From Callorhinchus milii (Eukaryota): a stretch of DNA of 64,000 nt. Where the stretch lies: contig NW_024704743.1 of the NCBI RefSeq assembly GCF_018977255.1, positions 92,444,001 to 92,508,000 of the forward strand, written 5' to 3'. A program made the position numbers and the translations under genes. The notes beneath the pieces were generated by a model. It did no database searches. It saw nothing but the letters and a program-made list of their open reading frames with translations, and was not told the DNA's origin. Of the stretch, positions 1 through 12,970 are shown piece after piece (position 1 is the stretch's first letter; the number at the start of each line of letters is the position of its first letter).

Positions 1-39
1 ATGCAAGGATTATTATTATTATTATTATTAATTACTTTC

Positions 40-650
40 TAGGTAAAGAAATACTTCTTGGCGTTTGTCATAAAATTACTCTTTACAACTCCAAACCTGT
101 GTCCTCTTGTTCTACTGTCTCCAATAGCACTAACAGTACAGCCAGTGTAAATTAAGACTCAAAGAGAGTTGAAAACAAGGATGGACCAGAGACGGCAAAC
201 ATATTACATATTACAGTGTATTCTAATAGTGCATCCAATAGTAATACTCTGGGTTCACGTTTCCCATTTAAAATCTTTTTACCTCTATAAAGTACCCTCT
301 AAGGTGTCTCCTTTGAACATTGAAGAGCCTCAGCTTGTCTAATTGTTGCTTGTGGGTCATTTCTCTGACACTGGGAATTATCCTCTTTGCTCTTCTCTGC
401 AGTTCCTCTTGGGCCTGGAAAGCCCCCTTATGTTGTGGCGAACTGAACTAAAATTCAATACTCTAAGAGTAGCCCAGAGTATGACTTGTGCGGAACTGAA
501 CATAACTGATTTGGCAGTGGAGCTCAGCATCCTGTTTGCTTTGTTTCTTGCTTTAAAGCCAAATTATGACTGGGAGCATTCCAGAGTGCTTAATGTTGGA
601 ATAGGAGACCCTCAGCAGATTAAAATATTTGTGCTTTAATCATCTCCCAG
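40..650 (-). mobile_element. Highly decayed CR1-type LINE ORF2 3' region
   Basis: Minus strand of ~42-115 reads SRTRGHRFGVVKSNFMTNAKKYFFT, the typical CR1 ORF2 C-terminal RTRGH...FFT motif; the rest is degenerate, so boundaries are approximate. Confidence 0.5.
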
Positions 651-651
651 T

Positions 652-898
652 CAACAACAACAACAAGATTCCATTTATAGAGAGCCTTTCACATCAGGAG
701 GACGTCCCAAGGCGCTGTACAGTTGAGTCAGGACCCGAGCAGGGGGGAAATGGTCAGGGTGAGGGAAGGGAGGGAACAAGGAGGGGGTAGAGAGTCGAGA
801 GGGGAGCTGAAGGCACGGTCAAAGAGAAAGGTCTTAAGACCGGCCTTGAAGGAGGAAAGGGAGGAAGCGGCAAAGGCACTGGGGGATGGAGTTCCAGA
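652..898 (-). mobile_element. L2 LINE, 3' fragment
   Basis: (AAC)n tail plus reverse complement of the L2 3' end and stem-loop seen at 34570-34875. Confidence 0.9.
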
Positions 899-1416
899 TT
901 CCTAAGTGCACTGAAGATTCTGAAATGCTACTTAGCTTTAACCATATTATTCCACTCAAGATTTCCTCAAATAAACTCATGCAATTTAGTCATGTTCATT
1001 AGCTACCCTATTGTCTTCCATAAATCCATTATAGCAATATACTAATTACTTTTCATTTCTTTGCTACTTGCTGGTAACATTATTTTCCAATCTGCTTCCT
1101 GGTGCTGCAGTGCTAATTTAATGACCTGAGTAAGAATCCACTGCACCAACCATCAGCCAATTACAAACGGAAATTTTGTCCTGGCGAACAATTCCCTAAA
1201 CTTCATAGCTGTTTGTGGAACATTGCTGTGCACAAATTGGCTACCTCAATCACCTAAAAATAAGCAGTCACTGCACTTTACAGTATAACATGAAGGGTTA
1301 TTTAAATCTGTGACCCTACTGTGAAGTATGATTGACACAAGTTTGCTTTTAATAGTAAAATTTAATAAAAGATTAGCAAGGTTATACATAATAAAAAATA
1401 TACGTTTCATCAATAC

Positions 1417-1502
1417 AAATTAATGCTTACGATGGGTAGTAATAAAATTAATGCTTACAACGGGTAAGATAATCAAATTACTGCTTAGGACGGGTTAGTA
1501 AA
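1417..1502. repeat. Three tandem copies of a 28-30 bp unit (AAATTAATGCTTACRAYGGGTA...)
   Basis: Units at 1417-1444, 1445-1474 and 1475-1502, read directly. Confidence 0.85.
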
Positions 1503-1695
1503 GTTGAATGCAATGGGTTGATCAGATCAGTATATGGTTTTAATGTAGGAATCGGCTTGTTAACTTGCGTCGATCCATGTTGATTGTCATATATCCCTCT
1601 TTCTTTGAGATTGGTTGCTCCATTCCCAAACTCAGCTCTTCTCTTTAAGCTCAGTTCTTCTCCCTTCATTGAGAATTATCCTTACAATTGTACAT

Positions 1696-2068
1696 TGTAA
1701 AGATGTACACATCGAGCTTGTCAAGATATCTGGAGTTTAGCTTTACTAAAACATCTTTTTAGTCAGATAGTCTCCTCCTGTTATCAATATTCACAGTTAT
1801 CAACATCCTTGCCTTTATTAAAATTCCAGCAGTTTGTTTCAAACAAGTCTGAGTACCACATATTTAATGTCTATTGTGTAGCAAATAACAATGTCTTATC
1901 AACGATGTTGTTGAAACTTTGCATTCAGTAAATATGCTTCCACTGCCTTTGGCCTTCATGCATTTGCAGCTTTTCTGAAGCAAACAGAACCATGAGGCTC
2001 TGCAATTTTCCTTTGGTCAACTCAAGACAACTCAGAATTCTGGGATTGCTTACAATCCCTCCTCTCTT
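1696..2068 (-). mobile_element. Possible LTR remnant with adjacent polypurine tract
   Basis: Minus strand AAGAGAGGAGGGAT is followed by TGTAAG (2054). The opposite end at 1696 gives a TGTAA..TTACA inverted terminus, and there is an internal AATAAA on the minus strand (~1814). No partner LTR was found. Confidence 0.3.
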
Positions 2069-3254
2069 GGGTCAAGCTCAAGGCTCAAGGCTCATTATTA
2101 TCATCAAATCTTCACGACTCCCTTTTACCTTAACTATCACATCAATCCTTTCAACCCATTTTAGCATTTGAGAGGTGAATTGTTTATGGAATGCTTAACA
2201 TCAGATTTCTTGAATTTTCTTTTAAACATACAAATACAGCAAATCATTATCAGTAATATCATGCTTGACACAAACTGTACTAACACAAAAAAATGTGTTA
2301 AAAAGATCCTCCAAGTGTTATTTCAGACTCCTTTGTCTGCAGGCTTTGAGTATTTATGCAATAGTAATAGGAGTCATTTAATATCCTCCTATTTTGGACA
2401 TGTGTTTTGGTATAAGGCAAAAATGTGTGACTGGGTAGGTCAAATTATGTTATTCAAACGTAGTTTCTGTGATGACCACACCATATTGTCCATTTTCATT
2501 ATACACTAATCCCGTGCGACTACTTTCTACTTAATATTGACAGTCTGGTTTAAGAATGCCTGAGCATTATCTCTTCCAAGGCTTGTTATTCGACCTTTGG
2601 CACAGTAATTTGTTCTATTTAACAGTTTTTTTTATACAGCAGCAATTCCCAAAAGAGGTTTATATGTTCATATAATATAAATACATTAACTACAGATTCC
2701 TTACAATGAAAAGGGCTTTGAGACATCCTCCTGATGTGAAAGGCACAATACCAAATGTAAGGATTTTTTTTTCTTTTGTACTTTGAACTGCTTTATATAA
2801 ACAATATGGTGCAGAATTGTACCTTTCCTGTGGATATGTAAATCGCTTTTCTTTGTATATATGTATTAAAAATAGAAGTTGAAAGGGTCCTTATTTTATT
2901 TTATTGTCATTTGAGCTTTTGGGACATTCCTGGGTGCAATTGGGATGCAACATTCGCCTACAAATACACAGTCACTCTGCTTCACCATAAATCCTGCGAA
3001 GCTCTTTGAGACGTCCACCGGATATGAAAGGCACTAACCCAATTCTGTGTCTGAGACCAGCCAAGAAAGAATTGTGAATAGATGAGAAAGTCCCAGTTAG
3101 TGCTACCAATGTGACTGGAATTAATCAGTAAGGTGCATGTTTACAAAGGGACAAGACAGAAATTGTTCAGTTAGTTCACTATCTGAAGTGAGATAATTTG
3201 TGTCCAGTCCATAAGATGATCAGGAGACCTGACAGACAACTCATGAATGATATT

Positions 3255-3560
3255 AATAATAATCCTTGCATTTGATACAAGCTTTTTCACGTCTTCTAGA
3301 GGTCTCAAAGCGCTTCACAGAATAGATTGTAAAGTGAATTGACTGTATTTTTGTCGGCGAAACGTGGAAGCCAACTGCGCACAGCAGTGTCCCACAAACA
3401 GTCGTGGACTGAGTGACCAAATTCTTATTGTTTTTTTTTCTTGAGGGATTATTATCTGGTGTGTGGAGTAAGGAAACTTGCCCAAGGATTCAACCTGCTG
3501 GGAATTGAACCCAGGTCTCTCGCTTACGAGGCAAGTGCTCTAACCACTGAGCTACAGGAC
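3255..3560 (-). mobile_element. tRNA-headed, L2-tailed SINE (short variant)
   Basis: Head GTCCTGTAGCTCAGTGGTTAGAGCAC...GGGTTCAATTCCC with A/B boxes, then CCTTGGGCAAGTTTCC, then a tail ending AAATGCAAGG(ATT)n; several homologues in the window. Confidence 0.9.
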
Positions 3561-4139
3561 ACATTGCATATAACTTTGGCAAATCTAGTGTCAGTCCATG
3601 TGAAATTTCTGCTGAGTTGTGTTGCCCACCAGGAAGCTAATAAGGAGTTCTTGGTGCCTGCCATTTGTCTAGTGAGGGCTCAACCCTGCACTTGTCGGAT
3701 GTCAAATGACCAACTGGGGATTATCCTCCGAGGTGAGTGGGAAGAGGAAAGATGGCCAATAGTGTAATCAAAAATGTACAATGTGGTTCTATCTTTATCA
3801 TCTATGCCTGCAGCGTTCCAAACAACTGGATCATGTACTCCACTCATTTTTCTTTCTCCAAACAGAACAAATTCAGTTCTGCAAACCTTTGCCAAAAACT
3901 TACAGCCTTTTATTCCAAGTATGCCTTGTACTTTTCTCTAAAGCCATTCCATTGCATTAATTCACTCTTAAGTTAGAGTGCACAAAACCCAACATAATAT
4001 TCCAAATGCAACTTCATCAACAATTCACACATAATAAATTAGTGACTGAATTTACTATTGAGTAATGCACAGTCAGGCATGATTCCAAATTAGAAAGTAA
4101 CACTAAAAATACCATCATAACGCACGCCAATAGTTTCAT

Positions 4140-4365
4140 AAGCAAATGCAATGTTGAGAGGTGCAAGTAGATCAAGGCACTGTAACTACTGGCAGCTTGA
4201 AAAAAATATTAGATACCACAAATGAAGTGGTGCATACAAATATATTTGCTGTTTATGAAAAGATATAGATGAATTATGAACTCAGCCATGGTCTAATGGA
4301 GTGGTGGAACAGTCTTGAGGGGCTGAACGGTCCACCTGTTCCTATGATCTTATGCTCCTAACTAT
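4140..4365 (+). mobile_element. Decayed CR1 fragment with 3' end
   Basis: ...TCAGCCATGGTCTAATGGAGTGGTGGAACAGTCTTGAGGGGCTGAACGG...CCTATGATCTTATG matches the CR1 3' end at 39405-39488. Confidence 0.6.
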
Positions 4366-7300
4366 AAAAGATTCAAAGAAGGTCATCAGAGGTGACATTA
4401 TGTTTTGGAGCATTATTCTATGAAGAGAGGCTAAGGAAGATACATCTATTCTCATTAAAAAAAATTAAGAGAGGAATCAATACTATGAACGTGCAAAATC
4501 AGGATAGGAGAACCAGAGGACACAATTTCAGTTAAAGTAACAAGAAAATAATTTCTTAATATTCAAAACCATTGACTTATGGAATAAGTCTGAGCATAGA
4601 TACGTTTCAGTGAAAACATCAGTTCTTCAGTTCTTGAGCAAGGAAATAATAGAGGGACAGGTTTGGTTTTAAAATAAGAGAAAGGTTATAAATGGTCAAA
4701 CTGACAAGTTAGTTAATAGTACAGTCATTCTTGTTTATTGTAATGGGCCATTGTCATAATTCACAGTTGCATATTAAACTCACAGAGATGATTAAAATCT
4801 GATGAGTAGCTGTAAAAGTATATTGATGGTTTGTTTAAATTATCTGCAAGTTCATGTACATCAGATTCTGATCAAAAATGTACCACTCAGCTCCTTGGGA
4901 TGCGTGCCCGATGTGGAAGACTCCATATAAATGCTATTTGTTGTTGTTGCAAGGTATCAACGTGTATGTGTATTTCCATCTTTTAACGTGTGTGAGTGTG
5001 TGGGAGGGAAGTCTGTGAATTAAAGCGGTGAGAGCAGTAGATGGTGGTAAATTTGGATTAAGGAGGTTGCATGAGTGGATTAAAATCAAACAATATGAAG
5101 GGCAATTCAATTTGTATTTGGCGGATCATTTATCTTTGACCTCTGGATATTTGAAGCGATCGCCTAGAAACACACAGTTACTACACTTTATAGCAAATCC
5201 TGTGAAGTACTTTGCTTTCCCCATGTGAAAAGCACTACAACAATTCAAGGATTATTATTATTCCAAGTAACGATCATATTGTATTACTCACACCCTTTCA
5301 GAGTTATCGCTGACAAACAAAATCAGATTTGGATTTATCATTATAAACCTCAGTTTAAGATTATGAACAATTCCATCATGTCTCCTAGGGATGGAGCTCT
5401 TCTACAATAGTTGCTGCAGCTAAGTGGCCATCTCTGACATTCTGACGTCTCCGTAAGCATGATCATTTAGTTTGTATTTTCCTGAAATCTATTTGATCAA
5501 AATCATTCATAATTATGAAACCCTCTAACAGATCCCTTGTAACCTTTCATGTTCCGTTGCACTTGGTTTGGGATATTTTAAATGAGAAACCCTGAAGTCA
5601 TGATTTTCAAGCTTTAAGGATATCATCTTCCCAAACAGATTGCTATATAACTGTTGGTGGAAGGGCTGTTTGCTATGAGTGGAACTGATTGTACAGCTTA
5701 TTTTACAAGTGTAAAACAGGGTGCTTCTTCACATTGATGGAGTTGTGAAATGGTGCCTCTTTCACTAACTGATTGCAATGTAATTCAAAACTGGCATCTG
5801 CAGTCTGTTTTGGAAAAGAAAACTCAGAATCACAGAGATGTTAATGCTAACAGAAATTGGCATGAATCAAACCCCAAACTGAAAAAGATCTGACTGGGCT
5901 TTCAAGAAATAAGTGGCAAAATATCTGATCACCATGCAAATGGTTTTCTGAATACGAGTATGTGTGGCAGAGCATTATGTTTGAAAACATAAGTGGTAAT
6001 CCAAATCTCACAACTGAAATAAAACTGGGAATGGGCCTAAAATAGACTTTTCCTGATGGTGCCTGTACCATATATCAGTCTGTTTATGTATGGCAGCATT
6101 TCTCTGGTCATTTATCATGTGAATAATTGGTCTGTAGCAAGAGCCACAGAATATAGGTAAATTAATTCTTGCACCCGAGTTGGAATGTTGCCAGTTCAAG
6201 CCCCAATTTGGGATTTTGAGCTCATAGTTTGCACTTTTGTGCATTGCTAGGGGAGTGCGGCATTGTCAGACGTGGCTGTCCGTCAGCTGAGATGCCCGTG
6301 TGCCTGTTCAAGTGGATGTTAAAGATCCCATGGCATTACCCAGAAAGAGAAGTTTCTCTCTGTGGCCAACAATCTCACCAACCTCAACATCCCCTGTACT
6401 CACCCCATCATCCCCTATATCAAAGACCTAAATAGATAATCTTATTAGAGATGACACAACTTCCAGAAAATCATCCCAGAATTGATGCAGAATTGAAGCA
6501 CACTGCTGTGCCAATTGGCTCCCGCGTTTCATCAACAAATATACACTGCTGTGCGCAATTGGCTTCTGCGTTTCACCCACAAATATACAGTCAATTCACA
6601 TCACAGTATATTCTGTGAAGTGCTTTGAGAAGTCTTGAAAACATGAAAAGCACTATATCAAATGCAAGGATTATTATGATTATAAAATTAAGGCTCTTTT
6701 CATGAGTTGGACGAACACAGTTGATTATGAACAAGAACGTGCAAACTGCTCACAGGAAATTGACATGCAATTTTACCCATCACTTCTTACATTCAGTAAT
6801 TGCTGAATTCATGACCAATCTAAATCTACACTTGACATTAGTGCATGGAACTTTGCTCCATTTTTGTGGGATCGTGGAGGAACTTACTTTGTGACATTGT
6901 TGTGCTGGACTCAGTGCTGCCACCTAGGTGTCTAAAATGGAAGCAGAATCTGCTTAATTTGTGGTACTGACATTTGTAACCTTGTTGAACACAGCTTTTC
7001 ATCCCCCAAATTAAAGAATAAATATTAGGATGAAGCTTATAACAGGTCAGAGTCTTATAATTAGTTCTTTATATCTATGTCATTATTCATTGCTATCCAT
7101 TGATTTATATTTGCTAAAGCAAATAGCAAAGTAGTTTGTAAACATCATTTACGTAAATTAGTGAGAACACATTGCAAATTTTGCTAAAACATACATGGAA
7201 CTTGTCTAGTTATGTTAATAAAGACAGAAGAATGGTAATATCCAGTGTTGCAGTAGCTTCAGAACTTTTCAAGTCCTCATATCCATTTCCTTCTTGTTTT

Positions 7301-8439
7301 CTAAAAACAACAATTTGGCCTTCCACGTTGGAAGGATGCTTTGAAGCACTTTGCAGAGCTGCCTAGGAGCTTAAGCTGTAGGTGGGGGGAGTTGAAGAAG
7401 GGGAGGGGGAAAACAGTGACTAAATGCACAGCCTAAAACAAAGGTTTAAAACCAGCTTGAATTAGACTATCAATTTTATTTTCTCCTCTTTTCCTACTCT
7501 CTTTGATATTTGTTTCTCATGTATTTATCAAATTTGTTTTTAAATGCTTCTGTTGTAAGGCATCTCAGATTCTAATATCTGCATATTTTTCAAGGTACTG
7601 CTTTGCTAGTTACCTGCTATGTGTCCAAAGAACCTCCCAAAATAAAAATGGGTGATTATAGAGGACCTTACACTTATTTGTGTCAACACAACAAAGACAC
7701 AGCAATTGCCCTTTGTGCCGAGTGTTCCTTCATGTCTTATACAAGTTCTCTACTTTCTGTGCTGCTAAGATCACATTTACAATAAGACATTGAAAATTAA
7801 CAGTCAACAATTCATTGCAAAAATGAATGGGAACATTTACAAAGTTGAACATGTAAAAGATAAACTAATCACTCCAATGCAAATTGAACAAATAAATTAA
7901 ACTATGGCTGTACAGCTGAAATTTATATTGATAATATTCATGATATGATATACAAAGTGAGACAGAGGCCATCCTAAACTAACATACCATCTATGTATAT
8001 CATATATTACTGTCTACAATGCAAAGTTGCATTCTCGATGGCCTTGGTTTGTTCCTACAGCCCTTCAGAAGAACTAGCAGTAACTCATACTGAGACTATT
8101 AGTATTACTTCAGCTGTGCTCATTCCTCTTTATAATTACCTTTGGCCTCTATCCATCTGGTGACTCATGCACCAGCCAAAAGTGTTTAAATCAGAGAGAC
8201 CTGGGTGATGCACACTCAGATTAGGGGTGTCTCATCACCCACAATAACCAACTGATTGGCGAGGCCACTGAATACAAGTTCTCTGTGTGATTGGAATGAA
8301 ATGGGTATACAACACTACTCCAACGACAGCTTGTATTTATATCTCGCCCTCCATGCGGGGTTGTGTCCCAGAATGCTTTGTTTACATGTTGTATATGCTG
8401 ATTACAGACTTGAGGCTCACATAAGCAACTTAGTTGACA

Positions 8440-9230
8440 AAAGAGCTGTGCAATGTCAAATGAGCCACAGGGATCCAACAAGTCTGAGGCTTGATTTCTG
8501 GTTTGTGCTCAGTTAGTTTATGTCAACTGGAATGGCAGATGGGATGCTACAATTTCCTTCGGTGCTCAGAATTAGTGAGTTTCCCCACTTCTGATCACTG
8601 TTCAGTGACTCTTGTTGAAAACTGGTCTCTTCTTCTTAGGAGCAAGGTAAGCTGATCTCCATGGAGCTGAGCCTCTTGAGTCAATCTGCTGTGGTGGTTT
8701 TAGTAGACTGGTTCCTGAGCCAGGTGGGTCCACATTATTTCAGGGCCTCCTGATAACAGACTACCCAGCCTAGCTCATCTTTCCATTTGATTCTTTTCAC
8801 TGTTAACCATATAAGTCAAATCCGAATTGCTTGGGTGATCATAGCTGGAGAAGCAGAAGAAAGCTTATAGATAGTGCTTTCATGACAAACTGTACAGCTT
8901 TAGTTGGTTAAACTCCAGCAGTACCTCAGCACACATTTTGAGGGTCTCAAGCATTGGGTCGTGCCAACCTGCACCTAAAACTCAGCTGCATTAAGTAAGC
9001 AGGGTGCATCCCTCTGTGGAGGGAGTCTGTATTTCATCCCATACATATGTTGGATATTCTTAAGCATGGTGATGGATTTCCACATATGTGAGACACCTGA
9101 CTGAGGAAAAAAAGGGAAAAATGTGTATTTATTGGAAGTTAGATAAGAACAGCATCAGGTCCCTCACAATCATTAGCCTGGATTACTGTATATCCAGGTT
9201 CAAGTATGAAGAATAGCCTCTTGTACTGGA
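8440..9230 (+). mobile_element. LF-SINE-like element split by a LINE fragment (pieces ~8440-8621 and ~9116-9230)
   Basis: Motifs GGTTTGTGCTCAGTTAG, GCTACAATT and CTGATCACTGTTCAGTGAC on the left and ATGAAGAATAGCCTCTTG on the right resemble the recalled LF-SINE consensus and the copy at 41730-42141. Confidence 0.65.
8622..9113 (+). mobile_element. 3' fragment of the poly(A)-tailed non-L2/non-CR1 LINE (second copy)
   Basis: Aligns to 46620-47139 (CTGTGGTGG..GGTTCCTGAGCCAG; GGATA(T/C)TCTTAAGCATGGT; AGACACC..CTGA followed by an A-run). Confidence 0.75.
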
Positions 9231-10004
9231 GACAATAATTTGGAATTGTCATCCAGTGTTAGGCCAGATTTTTCTGGAAAGGAAGGAAAAAACTTATTTT
9301 AAAAAAAAGCAATCCAGCTTGTTATCTAAGAAAACTTTTATAACCCATAACTATTCGATTATATTGTGTATATATAGATATATGTTATTCATGTTTTAAA
9401 CCGTATTTGTCTTGTGACTCTGAATAGTTTCTTCACTGGCAGTTTTCTAAGTGATTCCCTGTGGTGGAAATGAACAATGATTCTGTTACTTGTTAACTGC
9501 ATTTATTGCCACAAATGGGCCATGTTCTGACAGAGGAAATTAACACACTGAGCTATATTTTTCCCTAGCAGGTTGCATCATACAAATATTTTGTCCCATG
9601 CCTCTGAAATGTTGCTCCTGAAGTTATGACATTGAATATTTATCTTGCTAATTTTTAAAAGGAAAATCAAATAAAACTACTGAACATATGACATAGTTTT
9701 AGAAAAGTATTCTAGCTTTTGTGACATAGGGTAAAGACACAGAGGTTACTTGTTTCATGTAATATGCCATCAGTATTGTTCCTCTCTGATTAATAGAGAT
9801 TACCTGCAGATACAGTCACTGCATTTTACAGTAAAAAAATAGTGAAATGCTTAGAGATGCTTTGATTACATGATAAGGTACTATAATAGATGTAAAGATC
9901 ATCATTTTATTATAATTATTTTACAAATTTGATCTTGTGGTTAAATGTGATTGTAAAAATATAAATAACATTTTGAAAAGGAATTAGACATGTTCCTGTG
10001 AACC

Positions 10005-10300
10005 AATAATAATAATATTCCTTATATTTGGTATAGCGCTTTCATCTCAGCTGAACATCTCAAAGCACTTTACAGGATTTATTGTAGTATCATGGGATCA
10101 TTAACATCCACTTGAATAGGCAGAAGGGGCCTAAGTTTAAAGTCTCATCTGAATGCTGGCACCGCCAACAATGCAGCACTCCCCCATCAATGCACTGGAG
10201 TGTCATCTTAGACTATAGGAGTTCCAAGTCCCAACATGGGACATGAATCCCCCATCTTCTGGCTCAGAGGTGAGAGTACTACCAGCTGAGCCATGCTGAC
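10005..10300 (-). mobile_element. Deu-domain SINE (internally deleted)
   Basis: Reverse complement of the head and Deu core seen at 15033-15462, with an L2-type tail. Confidence 0.75.
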
Positions 10301-12204
10301 ACATTAAATATAAAGATAGAATTAAGGAATCTAGGGGAGATATTGAATGGGAAGGCAATGGGGATGTAGTTTTCAGCGTTCCTTAAGTTACATTAGCATA
10401 AACTACCATTCCAGAACTCATTGCGGTGCAATGTGCAGTGATATATTTTGCCCTTTTCCTCCTCACTTCTTCAGTGTTAAGTGCTTCACCGCATATTACT
10501 CCTCATCTACCTTGTCTTCTGAGAATCCTTCATCGAATGGTTCATTGAAGCATTCCTTGGTGATTGGTACTACTTCAACATAATTGATGGCAAATCATGG
10601 CAAACACTTAATATTGTTGTCAATAACAAGAGAACTCATTGATACAAATAAATGTTTGCAGTTCTGGAAACATGCAATCTGGACTAGTATGGGATCAATT
10701 GTGATGGCTGCAATTGAAATGAAGCAAGCCATACCTCCTGACACATCCTTGTAAATTTGGTTGACTCAGGAAATACCCTAAAGACCTCAATGATTTATTT
10801 GCCATAGCAATTGATGCAATATGTCTGAATCTTTCAGTAGTTGGCCAACTAGCATATACATACGTATTCTTTGTTGCATTTATTTTTGGCGATTTTGAAC
10901 ACTTGTCATTGTTGTCACATTACCATTGTCTGACCTTAATTGGCCTAGTTGCCATAAATTGTATTTCTGCTTGAATAATTCCCTTCTTCTCAATGTGAGT
11001 TTATTCTTCAAACTTAACCATTTCTTCATTATTATGTTATTAAACAGCTGGTATTTAAAAATGATCTTTGGGGACTGTGTAGTTACGGCCTTCCACTGAG
11101 GGCTGTTACCATCGTTAACTATCATCTGTTTCCCCATCGTGAAATTACTATATTATTAACTATTATTCAATTGCAAACTTCATCTAGAATCCTATAAGGT
11201 TTTATTCTAGTAGTAATAATAAATAATAAACCATACTTTTGATATTGTGGCCTTCAGGTCAGGAAGACATCTCAAAGCGCTTCACAGGTTATATTATAAA
11301 GTGTAATGCTTATGTTTTTTGTAGGCAAATGTGGCAGCCAATTTATACACAGCAATGTCCCACAAATCCCCATGAAGTGAATAAAAGTTAAATATAGATG
11401 CTCTCTGGTCCCTACCAGTAATATGGAAAAAAAAATCCACACTATTCAACATTTATTGTTTAAATCTGACCTCTTTACTGCCAGACACCATTCCCCTAGC
11501 ACTGGAAGCATAGAATTGTACATGGGATTTAATCTAACATCACAATGTATTTTACAAGCTGCATTTTTATCAGGGAACCCATGTTTATTACACCACCTTG
11601 TGAGATTTCATTTCTGACCCGAAATCACCTCAGAGTGTAGTCTCATACGGTGGAAAGATAGTACTTTATTTTCTTGCAGAAAACAGTTTACATTGCTTTT
11701 CCAGGCAGTGAAGTGCCAGTACTTAAGGAGCACTTCTTCAATATTACAGTCGTTTGAAGGCAAGATTCCTAAAACTGCATACAGCATTCTAAACGTGGAG
11801 TCATCCCAAATCTAGGCAAAATCTGAAACGTAACAGATTCAGCCATTTGGCTCTTCAATATAAATTTAGCATAACTTCTTATGACTTGTATGCAATTACT
11901 TTCAATTTCCAATGTAGTATTTGATTAGGTTTGTTGACAGGAGCTTCATACAGTCCATTTCATACCTTCAGTGAATAATCATTGATCACAAAAAAANTGT
12001 TTTCCTTCTCAATGTTATATAGCAAATACCTCTTCATTTTATACACGTTTACGATTTATTGCTCCACTTGTATTGCTTTCAATTCAGCTACATTAAAATT
12101 TAATTACAGTTATTTGGTCCATTTTCTTAGTTGGCCCACATCTTTTAGAATGATATTTATCCTTTTTTCCTTGGTCTGGAAGAGAATGGAGCCAGGCAGG
12201 AAGT

Positions 12205-12500
12205 ACAGATGAGCTGGATTCCTGAGAAGCTGAGGAGTCTGCAGACTGCAGACCCTGACATATACCCCCTCATGTGCAGGAAGTGTACAGGGATCCCCAC
12301 CAAAATGGGAGCTCGTCAAGGGACTCTGGGTCCAGTGGAACAGCCTGGAATTTCACAGTAAGTTTCTGAATCGGCAGAGGCAAAGAGAGCAGGAGACCAG
12401 ATCATCTACCATATCTATCAGATTGCAGTCCTGAAAAACATTCAGAAGGTTGCTATCTACCAGTCTATTAACTGATCCATGAAGGGGGACTTGAGGTGCA
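12205..12500 (+). mobile_element. Decayed Gypsy pol fragment (region preceding the integrase H2C2 domain)
   Basis: Frameshifted translation WIPEKLRSLQTADPDIYPLM / PPKWELVKGLWVQWNSLEFHSKFLNR / YQIAVL resembles the Gypsy Q..DPDI...P.W...W.QW.SL...L.R...Q.VVP pattern. Confidence 0.55.
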
Positions 12501-12539
12501 CCAAGGTTTAGTCTTGCGTGACACTCCGATGCGTTTTGG

Positions 12540-12970
12540 ATGAGGAGGAGTTGTTGCGTTGTTTAAGGTGCAACATGAAACCAATGAGACATTAAACCAA
12601 CATCCTGTCTACCTATTCAGGTTGATGTAAAAGATTCCCTGGCATTACTCAAAAATAAAATCCCCCAAATAAAACTGGTCATTCATTTCATGACTGTTTG
12701 TGGGACATTGCTGTGAGTAAATAGACAGCCTTATTTACCTACATATACACAGTAAATCCTATGAAGCACTTTGAGATGTCTTTCCAATGTGAAAGGTGCT
12801 ATGTATTAGGAGTCCTGTAGCACTCGCCTTGCAAGCGAGACAATTGGGTTCAATTCCAGGCAGGGCGAAACCTTGGGCAAGTTTCCTAACTCCAAGAGCC
12901 TAATAATAATCCCTCCAAAAAACAAAACAATAATAATTTGGTCATTTTCAATCTACGACTGTTTGTGGCA
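12540..12970 (+). mobile_element. DeuSINE body (~12540-12805) followed by a partial tRNA-headed SINE (~12812-12970)
   Basis: Homology to 15150-15450 and to the SINE head GTCCTGTAGC..GGGTTCAATTCC..GGGCGAAACCTTGGGCAAG. Confidence 0.7.

Noticed and set aside
1417..1502. CRISPR-like array
   Set aside because: Units are directly tandem with no unique spacers, there are no cas genes, and the context is eukaryotic.
3493..3560. Genuine tRNA genes (also ~24100-24171, 48538-48606, 55789-55857)
   Set aside because: Each continues into a shared SINE body; anticodons vary by mutation, so these are SINE heads.
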